Positions 18,963 through 27,660 of a stretch of 64,000 bases of DNA are shown piece by piece. This stretch comes from Gammaproteobacteria bacterium (lineage in GTDB: Bacteria; Pseudomonadota; Gammaproteobacteria; Steroidobacterales; Steroidobacteraceae): the NCBI GenBank assembly GCA_028870355.1, contig JAGWPU010000075.1, positions 2,350-66,349 on the forward strand, read 5' to 3'. Position 1 is the first letter of the stretch; each line of letters opens with the position of its first letter. The notes under the pieces were generated by a model. That model did no database searches and was not told the origin of the DNA. It worked only from the letters and a program-made list of their open reading frames with translations. Made by a program: the position numbers and the translations under genes.

Positions 18963-20414
18963 TCACGCGGTCGATTCGGCCACCGCGGCTTCTTCGCGAA
19001 TTCGCCGCCACGCGGCCGCGACGTGCCGCTCCTCGGTGCGCGTCTGACCGACGCACAGCCGCAGGGTCAGCTTCCCGTCGAGCTTGGTGTGGGTGAGGTA
19101 GAGATCGCCGCTCGCATTCAACGCGTCGAGGAGTCGTTGGTTCGCGGCGTCGCCGCTGCGCAAGCGGAAGCACACGAGATTCAGGGGCGCCGGCGCCGCG
19201 AGCTCGAAACGCTCGTCCTCGCGGACCCAGGCGACGACGCGCTGCGCGAGGCGCACGTGTTCGCGCACATGGTGCTGCAAACCCTCGATCCCGTAGTGAC
19301 GAATCACGAACCACAGCTTGAGCGCGCGGAAGCGCCGGCCGAGCGGTACCTGCCAGTCCCGATAGTCGATCACCGCACCCGACTCGGTCGCCTTGTTGCG
19401 CAGATATTCCGGCAGGACCGACAGCGTCTCGATCAGGTGCTTGCGATCCGCGACGTAGAAACAGTCGCAGTCGAAATTCGTGAACATCCACTTGTGCGGG
19501 TTGAAGCAATAGCTGTCGGCGAGCTCGACGCCGTCGTGCAGGTACCGGAACTCCGGGCACAACGCGGCGGTGCCGCACATCGCCGCGTCGACGTGCAGCC
19601 AAAGACCGCGCTCGCGGCAGATCCGCCCGATCTCCCGGACCGGATCGATCGCGGTCGAGGACGTCGTGCCGACCGTCGCGCAGACGAAGCTCGGCACCAG
19701 CCCGGCCGCCTCGTCCGCGGCGATGCGCTGCGCGAGCGCGTCGGCGCGCATCGCGAATCGCTCGTCGACCTCGATCGATCGCAAGTGCTCCGCGCCGATT
19801 CCGACGATCTTCGCCGCCTTTTCGACCGACGAGTGCGTCTGCGTCGAACAATAGGCGACGAGCCGGCCGTCGACACCGCGTCGATTGCTCGCGAAACGCG
19901 TTGCGCGCTCGCGCGCCGCGAGCAACGCGCACAGGGTCGCGCTCGACGCCGAATCCTGGATCACGCCGCCGCCGGCACTCGCCGACGAAAAGCGCTCCGG
20001 CAGCCCGAGCATCGGCACGAGCCAGTCGAGCACCTGCGTTTCGAGCTCGGTGCAGGCGGGGCTCGTCGACCAGAGCATCCCCTGAACACCGAGCCCCGCC
20101 GCGAGCAGTTCCCCGAGGATCGCCGGACCGGACGAGTTCGCCGGAAAGTACGCGAAGAAGTTCGGCGACTGCCAGTGGGTGATTCCCGGCAGGATCAGCC
20201 GCTCGACGTCCGCGAGCACGGCATCGAAGGACTCGCCCTGAATCGGCGCGTTCTTCGGCAGCTGCGCGCGCAGCTCGCCGGGTTTGGCGCGCGACAGCAC
20301 CGGCAGGCGCTCGACGCGCTCCAGATAATCGGCGATCCAGTCGACGACCGCGTACCCCTGACGCCGAAAGTCGTCCGGGGACAGGTGATAGGACTTCTCG
20401 TCGGACATGGTCAC
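18963..20414 (-). CDS. Aromatic-L-amino-acid decarboxylase family (group II PLP-dependent decarboxylase)
   Basis: Full ORF, 483 aa (Met3 is an alternative start). HWQSPNFFAYFPANSS, TQTHSSVEKAA, HVDAAMCGTAA and the PLP-lysine motif CFNPHKW. Confidence 0.9.
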   Translation of the reverse strand: MTMSDEKSYHLSPDDFRRQGYAVVDWIADYLERVERLPVLSRAKPGELRAQLPKNAPIQGESFDAVLADVERLILPGITHWQSPNFFAYFPANSSGPAILGELLAAGLGVQGMLWSTSPACTELETQVLDWLVPMLGLPERFSSASAGGGVIQDSASSATLCALLAARERATRFASNRRGVDGRLVAYCSTQTHSSVEKAAKIVGIGAEHLRSIEVDERFAMRADALAQRIAADEAAGLVPSFVCATVGTTSSTAIDPVREIGRICRERGLWLHVDAAMCGTAALCPEFRYLHDGVELADSYCFNPHKWMFTNFDCDCFYVADRKHLIETLSVLPEYLRNKATESGAVIDYRDWQVPLGRRFRALKLWFVIRHYGIEGLQHHVREHVRLAQRVVAWVREDERFELAAPAPLNLVCFRLRSGDAANQRLLDALNASGDLYLTHTKLDGKLTLRLCVGQTRTEERHVAAAWRRIREEAAVAESTA

Positions 20415-20456
20415 GCCGTCCGTGATTCGTTGCGCGGCCGATGCGCCGCGGGCGAG

Positions 20457-20720
20457 TTATTGCAGCCCGCAGAACCCGCCGCCGCAGCCGCCGGAACCGC
20501 AGGCCGGCGCACCACATCCGACGTCGGTCGGCGCGGCGCTTGCGGAGCCGATGTAGCCCGCGGAGATCAATTTCTCGACCGGCGTCCGCGGATCCGTCTT
20601 GCCGGGCGCAATACCGGCCCGTTCGCACAGCTCGCCCCAGGTCTTCATGCGCTCGTCCATCTTGTGGCGCACTTCGACCACGCGACCGTTGCTCGCACAC
20701 TGGTATTCGTAGGTAGGCAT
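20457..20720 (-). CDS. FmdB-like small protein with degenerate zinc ribbon and C-terminal C-x4-C-x4-C-x4-C tail
   Basis: Starts at Met39 of ORF 20457..20834 (87 aa). It has the family-typical MPTYEYQC N-terminus, but only one Cys from each expected CxxC pair remains. The tail reads CGAPACGSGGCGGGFCGLQ. Confidence 0.6.
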   Translation of the reverse strand: MPTYEYQCASNGRVVEVRHKMDERMKTWGELCERAGIAPGKTDPRTPVEKLISAGYIGSASAAPTDVGCGAPACGSGGCGGGFCGLQ

Positions 20721-20871
20721 CGTCCGAACGTCCTCGACATCCCGAACCGTGATCGTCCCGCAGGCCGCGCGGGATCCGGCCGAAGTATAACCCGAGCCGC
20801 TCGCGCGGCGGATGTGGTAAGGTCCCCGAAGCAACGCGCGCCCACGTTCCGCGCGCGGGAAGAGTCATCCG

Positions 20872-21765
20872 ATGCAGCCGCGAGATCGCGAGGTCCGTTG
20901 CCTGCGACGCGACGCGGACCGACCGCGTGCGGCGGGCGGTGGGCGCGTGCCGCAACTGGCGGTCGCGGTCGACGACCCGCGGCGCCTGCGGGCGGCGGTC
21001 GCCGCCGCGCAGGCTCGTCGTGAGTCCTTCGACACCGCCCCCGCGACCCATTGGTACTTCGGCAGCGAGTTCTGCGAGCACTTGTTCCCGTCGCGCACCG
21101 CCCTGCAACGGGCCGTCGCGGCAGCCGACCGCGACGGATTGACCCTGGTGCTGATGACGCCGGTCGCGAACGACGCGCTGGTCGAGCGGATCGAGGCGAG
21201 CGCGAGCGCGCTGCCACGATCTGCGGAAATCGTCGTGAACGACTGGGGCGTCGCCCACCGGCTGCGCACCGCCGATCCGGATCGGACCCTGGTCGCCGGC
21301 CGCCAGCTCGCGAAGACGATCAAGGATCCGCGCCTGCCCTCGCCCGCATGGCTCGCGCCCTTTTCAGGCGGCTATGCGAACGGCGCGTTTCATCGCCTGC
21401 TGCAGCGGTTGCGCATCGAGCGGCTCGAGCTCGACGTGCCGCCGTTCGCGACCGCGTCCGCGTTCGACGTCGACGGCTTCGCGGTGTCGGTCTGGGCGCC
21501 GTACGGCTACGCCGCGAAAGGCCGCATCTGCAAGATCGGCTCGTCGAGCCGGGCGCGCGCGACGAAGTTCTCGCCAGGTGGCCGTTGCCGCCGCGAGTGT
21601 CGCCGGGTGAGCGAGATCGACGCCGACCCGCCCGCATCGGGCGCGACGGCGGTCGCGCAGATCGGCAATACGCTGCTCTACCGGCACGGGGACACCGAAA
21701 CGGCCGCGGTGCGCGCCGGTGTCGACGCCGGCCGGATCGACCGGCTCGTCGTCACCGAGGACTGA
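20872..21765 (+). CDS. U32-family (UbiV-like) protein of unknown function
   Basis: ORF of 297 aa; GTG 20947 is a possible alternative start. It is colinear with the UbiV encoded at 48053..48958: YFGSEFCEHLFPS vs YLGEVVCSKRES, EIVVNDWGVAHRL vs LLVEANDVACLDVL, and the Cys pattern C-x18-C-x3-C vs C-x12-C-x3-C. Confidence 0.6.
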   Translation: MQPRDREVRCLRRDADRPRAAGGGRVPQLAVAVDDPRRLRAAVAAAQARRESFDTAPATHWYFGSEFCEHLFPSRTALQRAVAAADRDGLTLVLMTPVANDALVERIEASASALPRSAEIVVNDWGVAHRLRTADPDRTLVAGRQLAKTIKDPRLPSPAWLAPFSGGYANGAFHRLLQRLRIERLELDVPPFATASAFDVDGFAVSVWAPYGYAAKGRICKIGSSSRARATKFSPGGRCRRECRRVSEIDADPPASGATAVAQIGNTLLYRHGDTETAAVRAGVDAGRIDRLVVTED

Positions 21766-21769
21766 CCGC

Positions 21770-22780
21770 TTGAAAGTGACCGCGCCGATCAGCCGCCTGG
21801 AGGAGATCGAGCGTCTCGCCGCCGCCGGCGTCGACGAGATCTATTGCGGCGTGGTTCCGGACGAGTGGATCGCGCGGTTCAACAGCGGCGCGGTCAATCG
21901 GCGGCTCTTCGGCAATCTACGCGGCCTCGACGCGCTGCGCGAGGCGATCGATCTCGCCCATCGACACGACCGGTCGTTGTTCCTCGTGCTGAACGCCCCG
22001 CACTACGGCGCCGCACACCAGCGCGCGCTGCTCGATCTCGCGCGACGTTTCCGCGATGACGGCGGCGACGCCGTGATCGTCGCGGATGCCGGCTTGGTCG
22101 CGGAGCTGCACGAACGAGTGCCGGATTTGCGGGTGCATCTCAGCTCGGTCGCCGGCTGCCGCAATTCCGCAGCCGTCGAATTCTACCGGGAACTCGGCGT
22201 GCACCGGGTGATCCTGCCGCGCGACATCACGCTCGGGGAGATCGCGGCGATCTGCGCGAACGCGCATGGCGTCGAGATCGAAGCGTTCGTGCTGAACGAC
22301 GGTTGCGTGTTCGAGGAAGGGCTGTGTCACTCGATTCACCTGCCGACCAGTCTCGGCGGCCCGATTTGCCTCGATCGACGTGCGCAGCGATACGTCGGCA
22401 GGCACGACCGGGAGATCCCGGCGCGCCTGCGGGCCGAACTCGACGCCAACGACGCCGACTACCGCGACTGGCTCTGGTACCGCTTCGGCTGCGGCTTCGC
22501 GACGACCCCGGACGGTCACCCGTACGGCCCCTGCGGGCTTTGCGCCGTACCCGAGCTGGCCGCCGCGGGGCTCGCGTCGGTGAAGATCGCGGGCCGCGAG
22601 CGCTCGACGGCCCAGAAGGTCGCGAGCGTTCGCATGGTGCGCGCGGTCGTCGACCGCACACTGCGCCGGGAGGACCGCGAGGCCGTGCGGCGTCACGCGG
22701 TCTCGATCCGCGGCGTCGAAGACCGGTGCCGCGCCGGCTACATGTGCTACTACCCGGAAGTGCGCGCGGGCGTCGTCTGA
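21770..22780 (+). CDS. Peptidase U32-family (UbiU-like) protein of unknown function
   Basis: Starts at TTG 21770 (GAGGA 8 nt upstream; GTG 21776 is an alternative) in ORF 21719..22780. VDEIYCGVV, DAVIVADAGL, GVHRVILPRDITL, NDGCVFEEGLCHS (same C-x6-C as UbiU SEGRCFLSSYLCG), YGPCGLCAV and SVKIAGRERS. Confidence 0.8.
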   Translation: MKVTAPISRLEEIERLAAAGVDEIYCGVVPDEWIARFNSGAVNRRLFGNLRGLDALREAIDLAHRHDRSLFLVLNAPHYGAAHQRALLDLARRFRDDGGDAVIVADAGLVAELHERVPDLRVHLSSVAGCRNSAAVEFYRELGVHRVILPRDITLGEIAAICANAHGVEIEAFVLNDGCVFEEGLCHSIHLPTSLGGPICLDRRAQRYVGRHDREIPARLRAELDANDADYRDWLWYRFGCGFATTPDGHPYGPCGLCAVPELAAAGLASVKIAGRERSTAQKVASVRMVRAVVDRTLRREDREAVRRHAVSIRGVEDRCRAGYMCYYPEVRAGVV

Positions 22781-22801
22781 CCTCGATCCGCCATCTGGCG
22801 C

Positions 22802-22807
22802 TATAAT
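22802..22807 (+). promoter_or_regulatory. Perfect TATAAT -10 hexamer upstream of the BI-1/YccA gene
   Basis: Read directly in the 65-bp intergenic region, 39 nt before ATG 22846. The SD GAGGAG lies between it and the ATG. There is no good -35 (CTGACC with a 19-nt spacer). Confidence 0.3.
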
Positions 22808-22845
22808 GGGGGGCAATCGACGGATACACCCCCGAGGAGATTTCG

Positions 22846-23607
22846 ATGGCTGATCGCTTCCTGCGCTCCGGCAATCCGGGTCTGAATGACAAGACGTTCG
22901 CGAACGCCCCGATCACGGGCGCGGCCGAACGGATGACCTTGTCCGGAACGATCAACAAGTCGTTCCTGTTGTTGATCGCATTGATGCTGTCCGCCCTGTG
23001 GCCCTGGTCCCAATATCTCTCCGGCGGCGACGTCGCGGTGATCGGACCAGCGCTCACGATCGGCGCGATCGGCGGCCTGGTCCTCGCGTTGATCATCAGC
23101 TTCAAGCCGAACGCGGCCCCGGTTCTCGCGTTGCCGTATGCGGTGCTCGAAGGCCTCGCGATCGGCAGCATGTCGGCGCTGCTCGAGAGCCGCTACCCGG
23201 GCATCGCGATCCAGGCCGTGGGACTCACCTTCGGCGTGTTCGCGACGATGCTGGTCGCGTACCGCACCGGCCTGATCCGGGCGACCGAACGGTTTCGCGC
23301 GATCGTGATCGCGGCGACCGGCGGCATCGCACTCGTCTACCTGGTCACGATGGTGCTCGGACTGTTCCACGTCCAGACCCCGGTCTTCAGCATCACCGAT
23401 TCCTCGCCGCTCAGCATCGGCGTGTCGCTGGTGATCGTCGGCGTCGCGGCGCTGAATCTGATCCTGGACTTCGACATCATCGAGACCGGCGTCGCGCGCG
23501 GCGCGCCACGCTACATGGAGTGGTACTGCGGATTCGGCTTGCTGGTCACGCTGGTCTGGCTGTACATGGAGATCCTGCGTCTGCTTGCGAAGATGCGCCG
23601 CGACTGA
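22846..23607 (+). CDS. Bax inhibitor-1/YccA family membrane protein
   Basis: Full ORF, 253 aa, about seven hydrophobic segments. The C-terminal DFDIIETG...YMEWYCGFGLLVTLVWLYMEILRLL is typical of the family. SD GAGGAG. Confidence 0.8.
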   Translation: MADRFLRSGNPGLNDKTFANAPITGAAERMTLSGTINKSFLLLIALMLSALWPWSQYLSGGDVAVIGPALTIGAIGGLVLALIISFKPNAAPVLALPYAVLEGLAIGSMSALLESRYPGIAIQAVGLTFGVFATMLVAYRTGLIRATERFRAIVIAATGGIALVYLVTMVLGLFHVQTPVFSITDSSPLSIGVSLVIVGVAALNLILDFDIIETGVARGAPRYMEWYCGFGLLVTLVWLYMEILRLLAKMRRD

Positions 23608-23617
23608 GTCGGCCGTA

Positions 23618-25009
23618 TCAATTCGGCGGCGCCCCGGTGCTCGCGACCGCGGGCGTCGCCGTCTCCGTCGGTTCCTTCAGCCCAAGAGCCTCTGCATACA
23701 CCGATCGGTGGCGCAGCACGCTGCCGACGACCGAAGCGAGCACGCAGGCCGGCATCGCGACCATCACGACGTTGTAGTTCCCCGTCATTTCGAACACCAG
23801 GATCGCGGACATTGCCGGCGCATGGGTGGTGGCCGCGAGAAGACTCCCCATCCCGACGAGCGCCCACAAGGTCTGTGAGTGACTCGCCGCGGGCACCAGC
23901 CATCCGTGCGCGACGATCAAGCCCATCGCGCCGCCGAGCGTGAGCGTCGGCGTGAGCACCCCACCCGGGATCCCCGCGGCGCTCGCCGCGGTGACGGCGA
24001 TCAGGCGCGTCGCGAGCACCGCCGCGACGCCCGACAGCGTCCACGGATCGACGAGGAAGGACTGCACCACGCTGTAGCCGTTGCCCCAGACCTCGGGACG
24101 CAGCAGCGACAGCAGCCCGATCAGGATCCCGGCGAGGCCCATGCGCAGCGGTAGCGAGCTCATGCGCGCCTGATAGGCCCGGCGCGACGCGTCGAGTAGC
24201 CACAGGAACGCCGGACCGATCACGCCCGCGAGCACGCCGAGCAGACAGCCGTCCAGCAGGTCGACGAAGCTCGCCGCTGGCACGCGGTGTGCTGCATAGA
24301 GCGGGCCGATCACGAACAGGCTCTGGGTGGTCAGTTCGCCGATGACCGCCGCGACGAGCACCGCGGCGATCTCGCGCAGTTCCAGCCCACCGAGGATGAT
24401 CTCGGCGACGAACAGCGTGCCGGCGATCGGCGCGTGGTAGGCCCCCGCGAAGCCGGCTGCCGCACCGCAGGCGACGACCAGGCGCTGATGCTCCATGCTC
24501 GCGCGGCCGGCACGCCCGATCAACGAGGAGATCAGGGCCGCGAACTGGATCATCGTCCCTTCACGACCGATCGTGATACCGCCGCTGACCGCGAGCAAGG
24601 ACGACCCGGTGCGGACCAGGTTCGGCACCAGCGGCAGCCGCCCGTCGCCGACCCGGACCGCCTCCATGTACTCAGGCCCGCGAGGCCGCTTGATCCAACG
24701 ATGTGCGGCCCACATCACGGAGCCGCCCGCGAGGGCCGCGAGCGCCGGGATCAGCACGCGCTCCCACGGCGGCAAGGCCGCCGCCGCGGCGACGAGATGC
24801 GCCTCGTGGGTGTAAAGACTCATCAACGCCCGCATCGCCGCCCGGAAGCCCTCGACCGCGACCGCACTGACGAAGCCGACGAGCGCGCCAAGCAGCAACA
24901 ACGGGACCATCGGGTCGAGTCCCGTGCGCAAGCGGGTCGAGAACGCGGCCAGTCGCGCGCGGCTCGGCGCACCGGGACGCAGATGCCGCAGCAGGACGGG
25001 CGGGCGCAT
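23618..25009 (-). CDS. ClC-family chloride channel/antiporter homologue (non-canonical selectivity motifs)
   Basis: Full ORF, 463 aa. GREGT replaces GREGP. GAAAGFAGAYHAPIAGTLFVAEI and IPGGVLTPTL are present. No GSGIP motif is recognisable. Confidence 0.8.
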   Translation of the reverse strand: MRPPVLLRHLRPGAPSRARLAAFSTRLRTGLDPMVPLLLLGALVGFVSAVAVEGFRAAMRALMSLYTHEAHLVAAAAALPPWERVLIPALAALAGGSVMWAAHRWIKRPRGPEYMEAVRVGDGRLPLVPNLVRTGSSLLAVSGGITIGREGTMIQFAALISSLIGRAGRASMEHQRLVVACGAAAGFAGAYHAPIAGTLFVAEIILGGLELREIAAVLVAAVIGELTTQSLFVIGPLYAAHRVPAASFVDLLDGCLLGVLAGVIGPAFLWLLDASRRAYQARMSSLPLRMGLAGILIGLLSLLRPEVWGNGYSVVQSFLVDPWTLSGVAAVLATRLIAVTAASAAGIPGGVLTPTLTLGGAMGLIVAHGWLVPAASHSQTLWALVGMGSLLAATTHAPAMSAILVFEMTGNYNVVMVAMPACVLASVVGSVLRHRSVYAEALGLKEPTETATPAVASTGAPPN

Positions 25010-25037
25010 GCGGCTGCGATCCGTCGCGTTCGCGAAA

Positions 25038-27464
25038 CTATCGATCGAGCCTGCGTGCCGCGCCCGCGCGCGGCGACCGCCCGAGGCGCTCTTCGACCTC
25101 GAGCACGCGCCGCGTCGTCGCGAGCACGCTGTCGGCGTTCAGGCTCATCGAGTCGATCCCGATCTCGACGAGGAATTCCGCGATCTCCGGATAATCGGAC
25201 GGCGCCTGCCCGCAGAGTCCCGAGTGGATTCCGTTGCGCCGGCATCCCTCGACCGCGAGGCGAATCATCCGCTTGACACCCTCGTCCCGCTCGTCATAGT
25301 CGAAGGCGACGATCTCGCTGTCACGGTCGACGCCGAGCGTGAGCTGCGCGAGATCGTTGGACCCGATCGAGAAGCCGTCGAAACGCTTCGCGAATTCGTC
25401 GATCGACAGTACGTTGTTCGGGATCTCGCACATCGCGTAGACCTCCAGCCCGTTCTTGCCACGCTCGAGACCGAACTCGGCCATTTTCGCGAGCACGTCG
25501 TCGGCCTCGCGGACCCGGCGCACGAACGGCAGCATCACGACGACGTTGTCGAACCCCATCTCCTCGCGAACCCGCTGCATCGCGCGGCACTCGAGCCGGA
25601 ACCCGTCGACGTACGCGGGATGCGCATAGCGCGACGCCCCTCGAAACCCGAGCATCGGATTGGATTCGACCGGCTCGAAATCGGTGCCGCCGATCAGCTT
25701 CGCGTATTCGTTCGATTTGAAGTCCGACATGCGGACGATCACCGGCTTCGGCCAGAACGCCGCCGCGATCGTGCCGATCCCCTCCGCGAGCCGCTGGACG
25801 AAGTAGTCCGCGCCATTCGCGGCAGTCGCGATCATCGCACCGATCCGCGCGCGGACGTCGGGGTCGCGAACACGGTCGGGATGCAGCAGCGCGAGCGGAT
25901 GGGCCTTGATGGATTCGGCGATCACGAACTCCATTCGCGCGAGCCCGACCCCGTCGTTCGGGAGGAACGAGGCCTTGAACGCGAGCTCCGGATTGCCGAG
26001 GTTGATCATGATCGCAGTCGCCGGCCGCGGAAGATCTGCGACCTCCAGGTGCTCCACCGCGAACGGAATGGTGCCCCGATAGATCCGGCCGGTATCGCCC
26101 TCGGCGCAGGACACGGTGACCTCGTCGCCAGTCGCGAGCTTCGCGGTCGCGTCACCGGCGCCGACGACCGCCGGCAGGCCGAGCTCGCGGGCAATGATCG
26201 CCGCGTGGCAGGTCCGACCGCCGCGGTTCGTGACGATCGCGGCGGCGGTCTTCATCACCGGCTCCCAGTCCGGGGTCGTGACGTCGGCGACGAGCACGTC
26301 GCCGGACCGGAACTGGCCGAGTTCGGCGAGATCCCGTACGACCCGGGCCCGACCGGCGGCGATGCGCTCCCCGACCGCCTTCCCGGTGACGATCGCCTCG
26401 CCGGCGCCGGTCAGCGCATAACGGTCGAAGGTCGTCGTGCGACGCTGCGAAGCCACCGTCTCGGGTCGCGCCTGGACGATGTAGAGCGCGCCGTCGACGC
26501 CGTCCTTGGCCCACTCGATGTCCATCGGCCGGCCGTAGTGATCCTCGATCTGGATCGCGAATCCGGCGAGTTCCAGCGCTTCGGCGTCGGCGATGCAATA
26601 GTGCCCGCGGTCGGCCTTCGGCGTCGGCACGTTGCGTGTGGTGCGCGCCGCCTCGCCCTCGACGTAGATCATCTTCACCGCTTTGTCACCGAGCGAGCGG
26701 CGCAGCACCGCACGCTTGCCCCGACGGTAGGTCGGCTTGTGCACGTAGAACTCGTCCGGGTCGACCGCCCCCTGGACGACGTTCTCGCCGAGCCCGTACG
26801 AGCCGGTGATGAAGACGACGTCGCGGAACCCGGACTCGGTGTCGAGCGTGAACATCACGCCGGCCGCGGCGAGGTCCGAGCGGACCATCTTCATCACGCC
26901 GATCGACAGCGCGACCTTGAAGTGATCGAATCCCTGATCGAGCCGATAGTGGATCGCCCGGTCGGTGAACAAGCTCGCGAAGTCGCGACGGCAGGCGTCG
27001 AGGAGTGCCGCATCGCCGCGGACGTTGAGATAGGTCTCCTGCTGGCCGGCGAAGCTCGCTGTCGGCAGGTCCTCCGCGGTCGCGGAACTGCGGACCGCGA
27101 GGCTCAGTTCCTCGCCGTACTGATCCCGCAGGATCCCGTACGCGCGCAGGATCTCGGCGGCGAGATCCTCGGGGAGTCCGGCGCCGTAGACGATTTCGCG
27201 CGCCCGGCGGCCGCGCGTTGCGAGATCCGCGACGTTGCCCGGATCGAGGCCCGCGAGCGCCGCGCGCAGCGCCTCCCCCGCGCCGCCCCGCGCGAGCACG
27301 GCTCGATAAGCGTCGGCGGTGATCGCGAAGCCGTTCGGCACCCGCAGACCCCGGGCGGTGAGATGCCGGTACATCTCGCCGAGCGAAGCGTTCTTGCCGC
27401 CGACGCTGGCGACGTCGTCACGACCGATCTGATCGAAGAAGCGGACGAACCGAAAGCTGTCCAT
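25038..27464 (-). CDS. ppsA: Phosphoenolpyruvate synthase (pyruvate, water dikinase)
   Basis: Full ORF, 808 aa. N-terminus VASVGGKNASLGEM, phospho-His region NRGGRTCHAAIIARELGLPAVVG, and C-terminal FSIGSNDLAQLTLG. SD GGGAGG. Confidence 0.95.
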   Translation of the reverse strand: MDSFRFVRFFDQIGRDDVASVGGKNASLGEMYRHLTARGLRVPNGFAITADAYRAVLARGGAGEALRAALAGLDPGNVADLATRGRRAREIVYGAGLPEDLAAEILRAYGILRDQYGEELSLAVRSSATAEDLPTASFAGQQETYLNVRGDAALLDACRRDFASLFTDRAIHYRLDQGFDHFKVALSIGVMKMVRSDLAAAGVMFTLDTESGFRDVVFITGSYGLGENVVQGAVDPDEFYVHKPTYRRGKRAVLRRSLGDKAVKMIYVEGEAARTTRNVPTPKADRGHYCIADAEALELAGFAIQIEDHYGRPMDIEWAKDGVDGALYIVQARPETVASQRRTTTFDRYALTGAGEAIVTGKAVGERIAAGRARVVRDLAELGQFRSGDVLVADVTTPDWEPVMKTAAAIVTNRGGRTCHAAIIARELGLPAVVGAGDATAKLATGDEVTVSCAEGDTGRIYRGTIPFAVEHLEVADLPRPATAIMINLGNPELAFKASFLPNDGVGLARMEFVIAESIKAHPLALLHPDRVRDPDVRARIGAMIATAANGADYFVQRLAEGIGTIAAAFWPKPVIVRMSDFKSNEYAKLIGGTDFEPVESNPMLGFRGASRYAHPAYVDGFRLECRAMQRVREEMGFDNVVVMLPFVRRVREADDVLAKMAEFGLERGKNGLEVYAMCEIPNNVLSIDEFAKRFDGFSIGSNDLAQLTLGVDRDSEIVAFDYDERDEGVKRMIRLAVEGCRRNGIHSGLCGQAPSDYPEIAEFLVEIGIDSMSLNADSVLATTRRVLEVEERLGRSPRAGAARRLDR

Positions 27465-27660
27465 CGAATGCGCCTCCCGTCGGAGCGCGCCCGGTCGAGC
27501 ACGGCCGCGCGGTCCTGCGATTCTCGTCCGGCCGGAGGCGCACCGCAGCCGTGGATTCTACGTAAAACGCTCGAGGATCCGACCTGCTATGCTCGATCGA
27601 CGCGGCGAAGCGCGGCGCGGCGCGATCGCCAAGAGCGCAGCAACGGAGGATTTCCGGGAC

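Noticed and set aside
18952-21258. 768-aa minus-strand ORF spanning the decarboxylase, the FmdB-like gene and the U32 start
   Set aside because: It is out of frame with the decarboxylase and crosses an intergenic region and a divergent gene. The translation is Arg/Gly/Ala-rich junk.
25010-25037. Fluoride riboswitch ahead of the atypical ClC gene
   Set aside because: Only 28 nt separate the ClC start from the ppsA stop, which is too short for the crcB motif.
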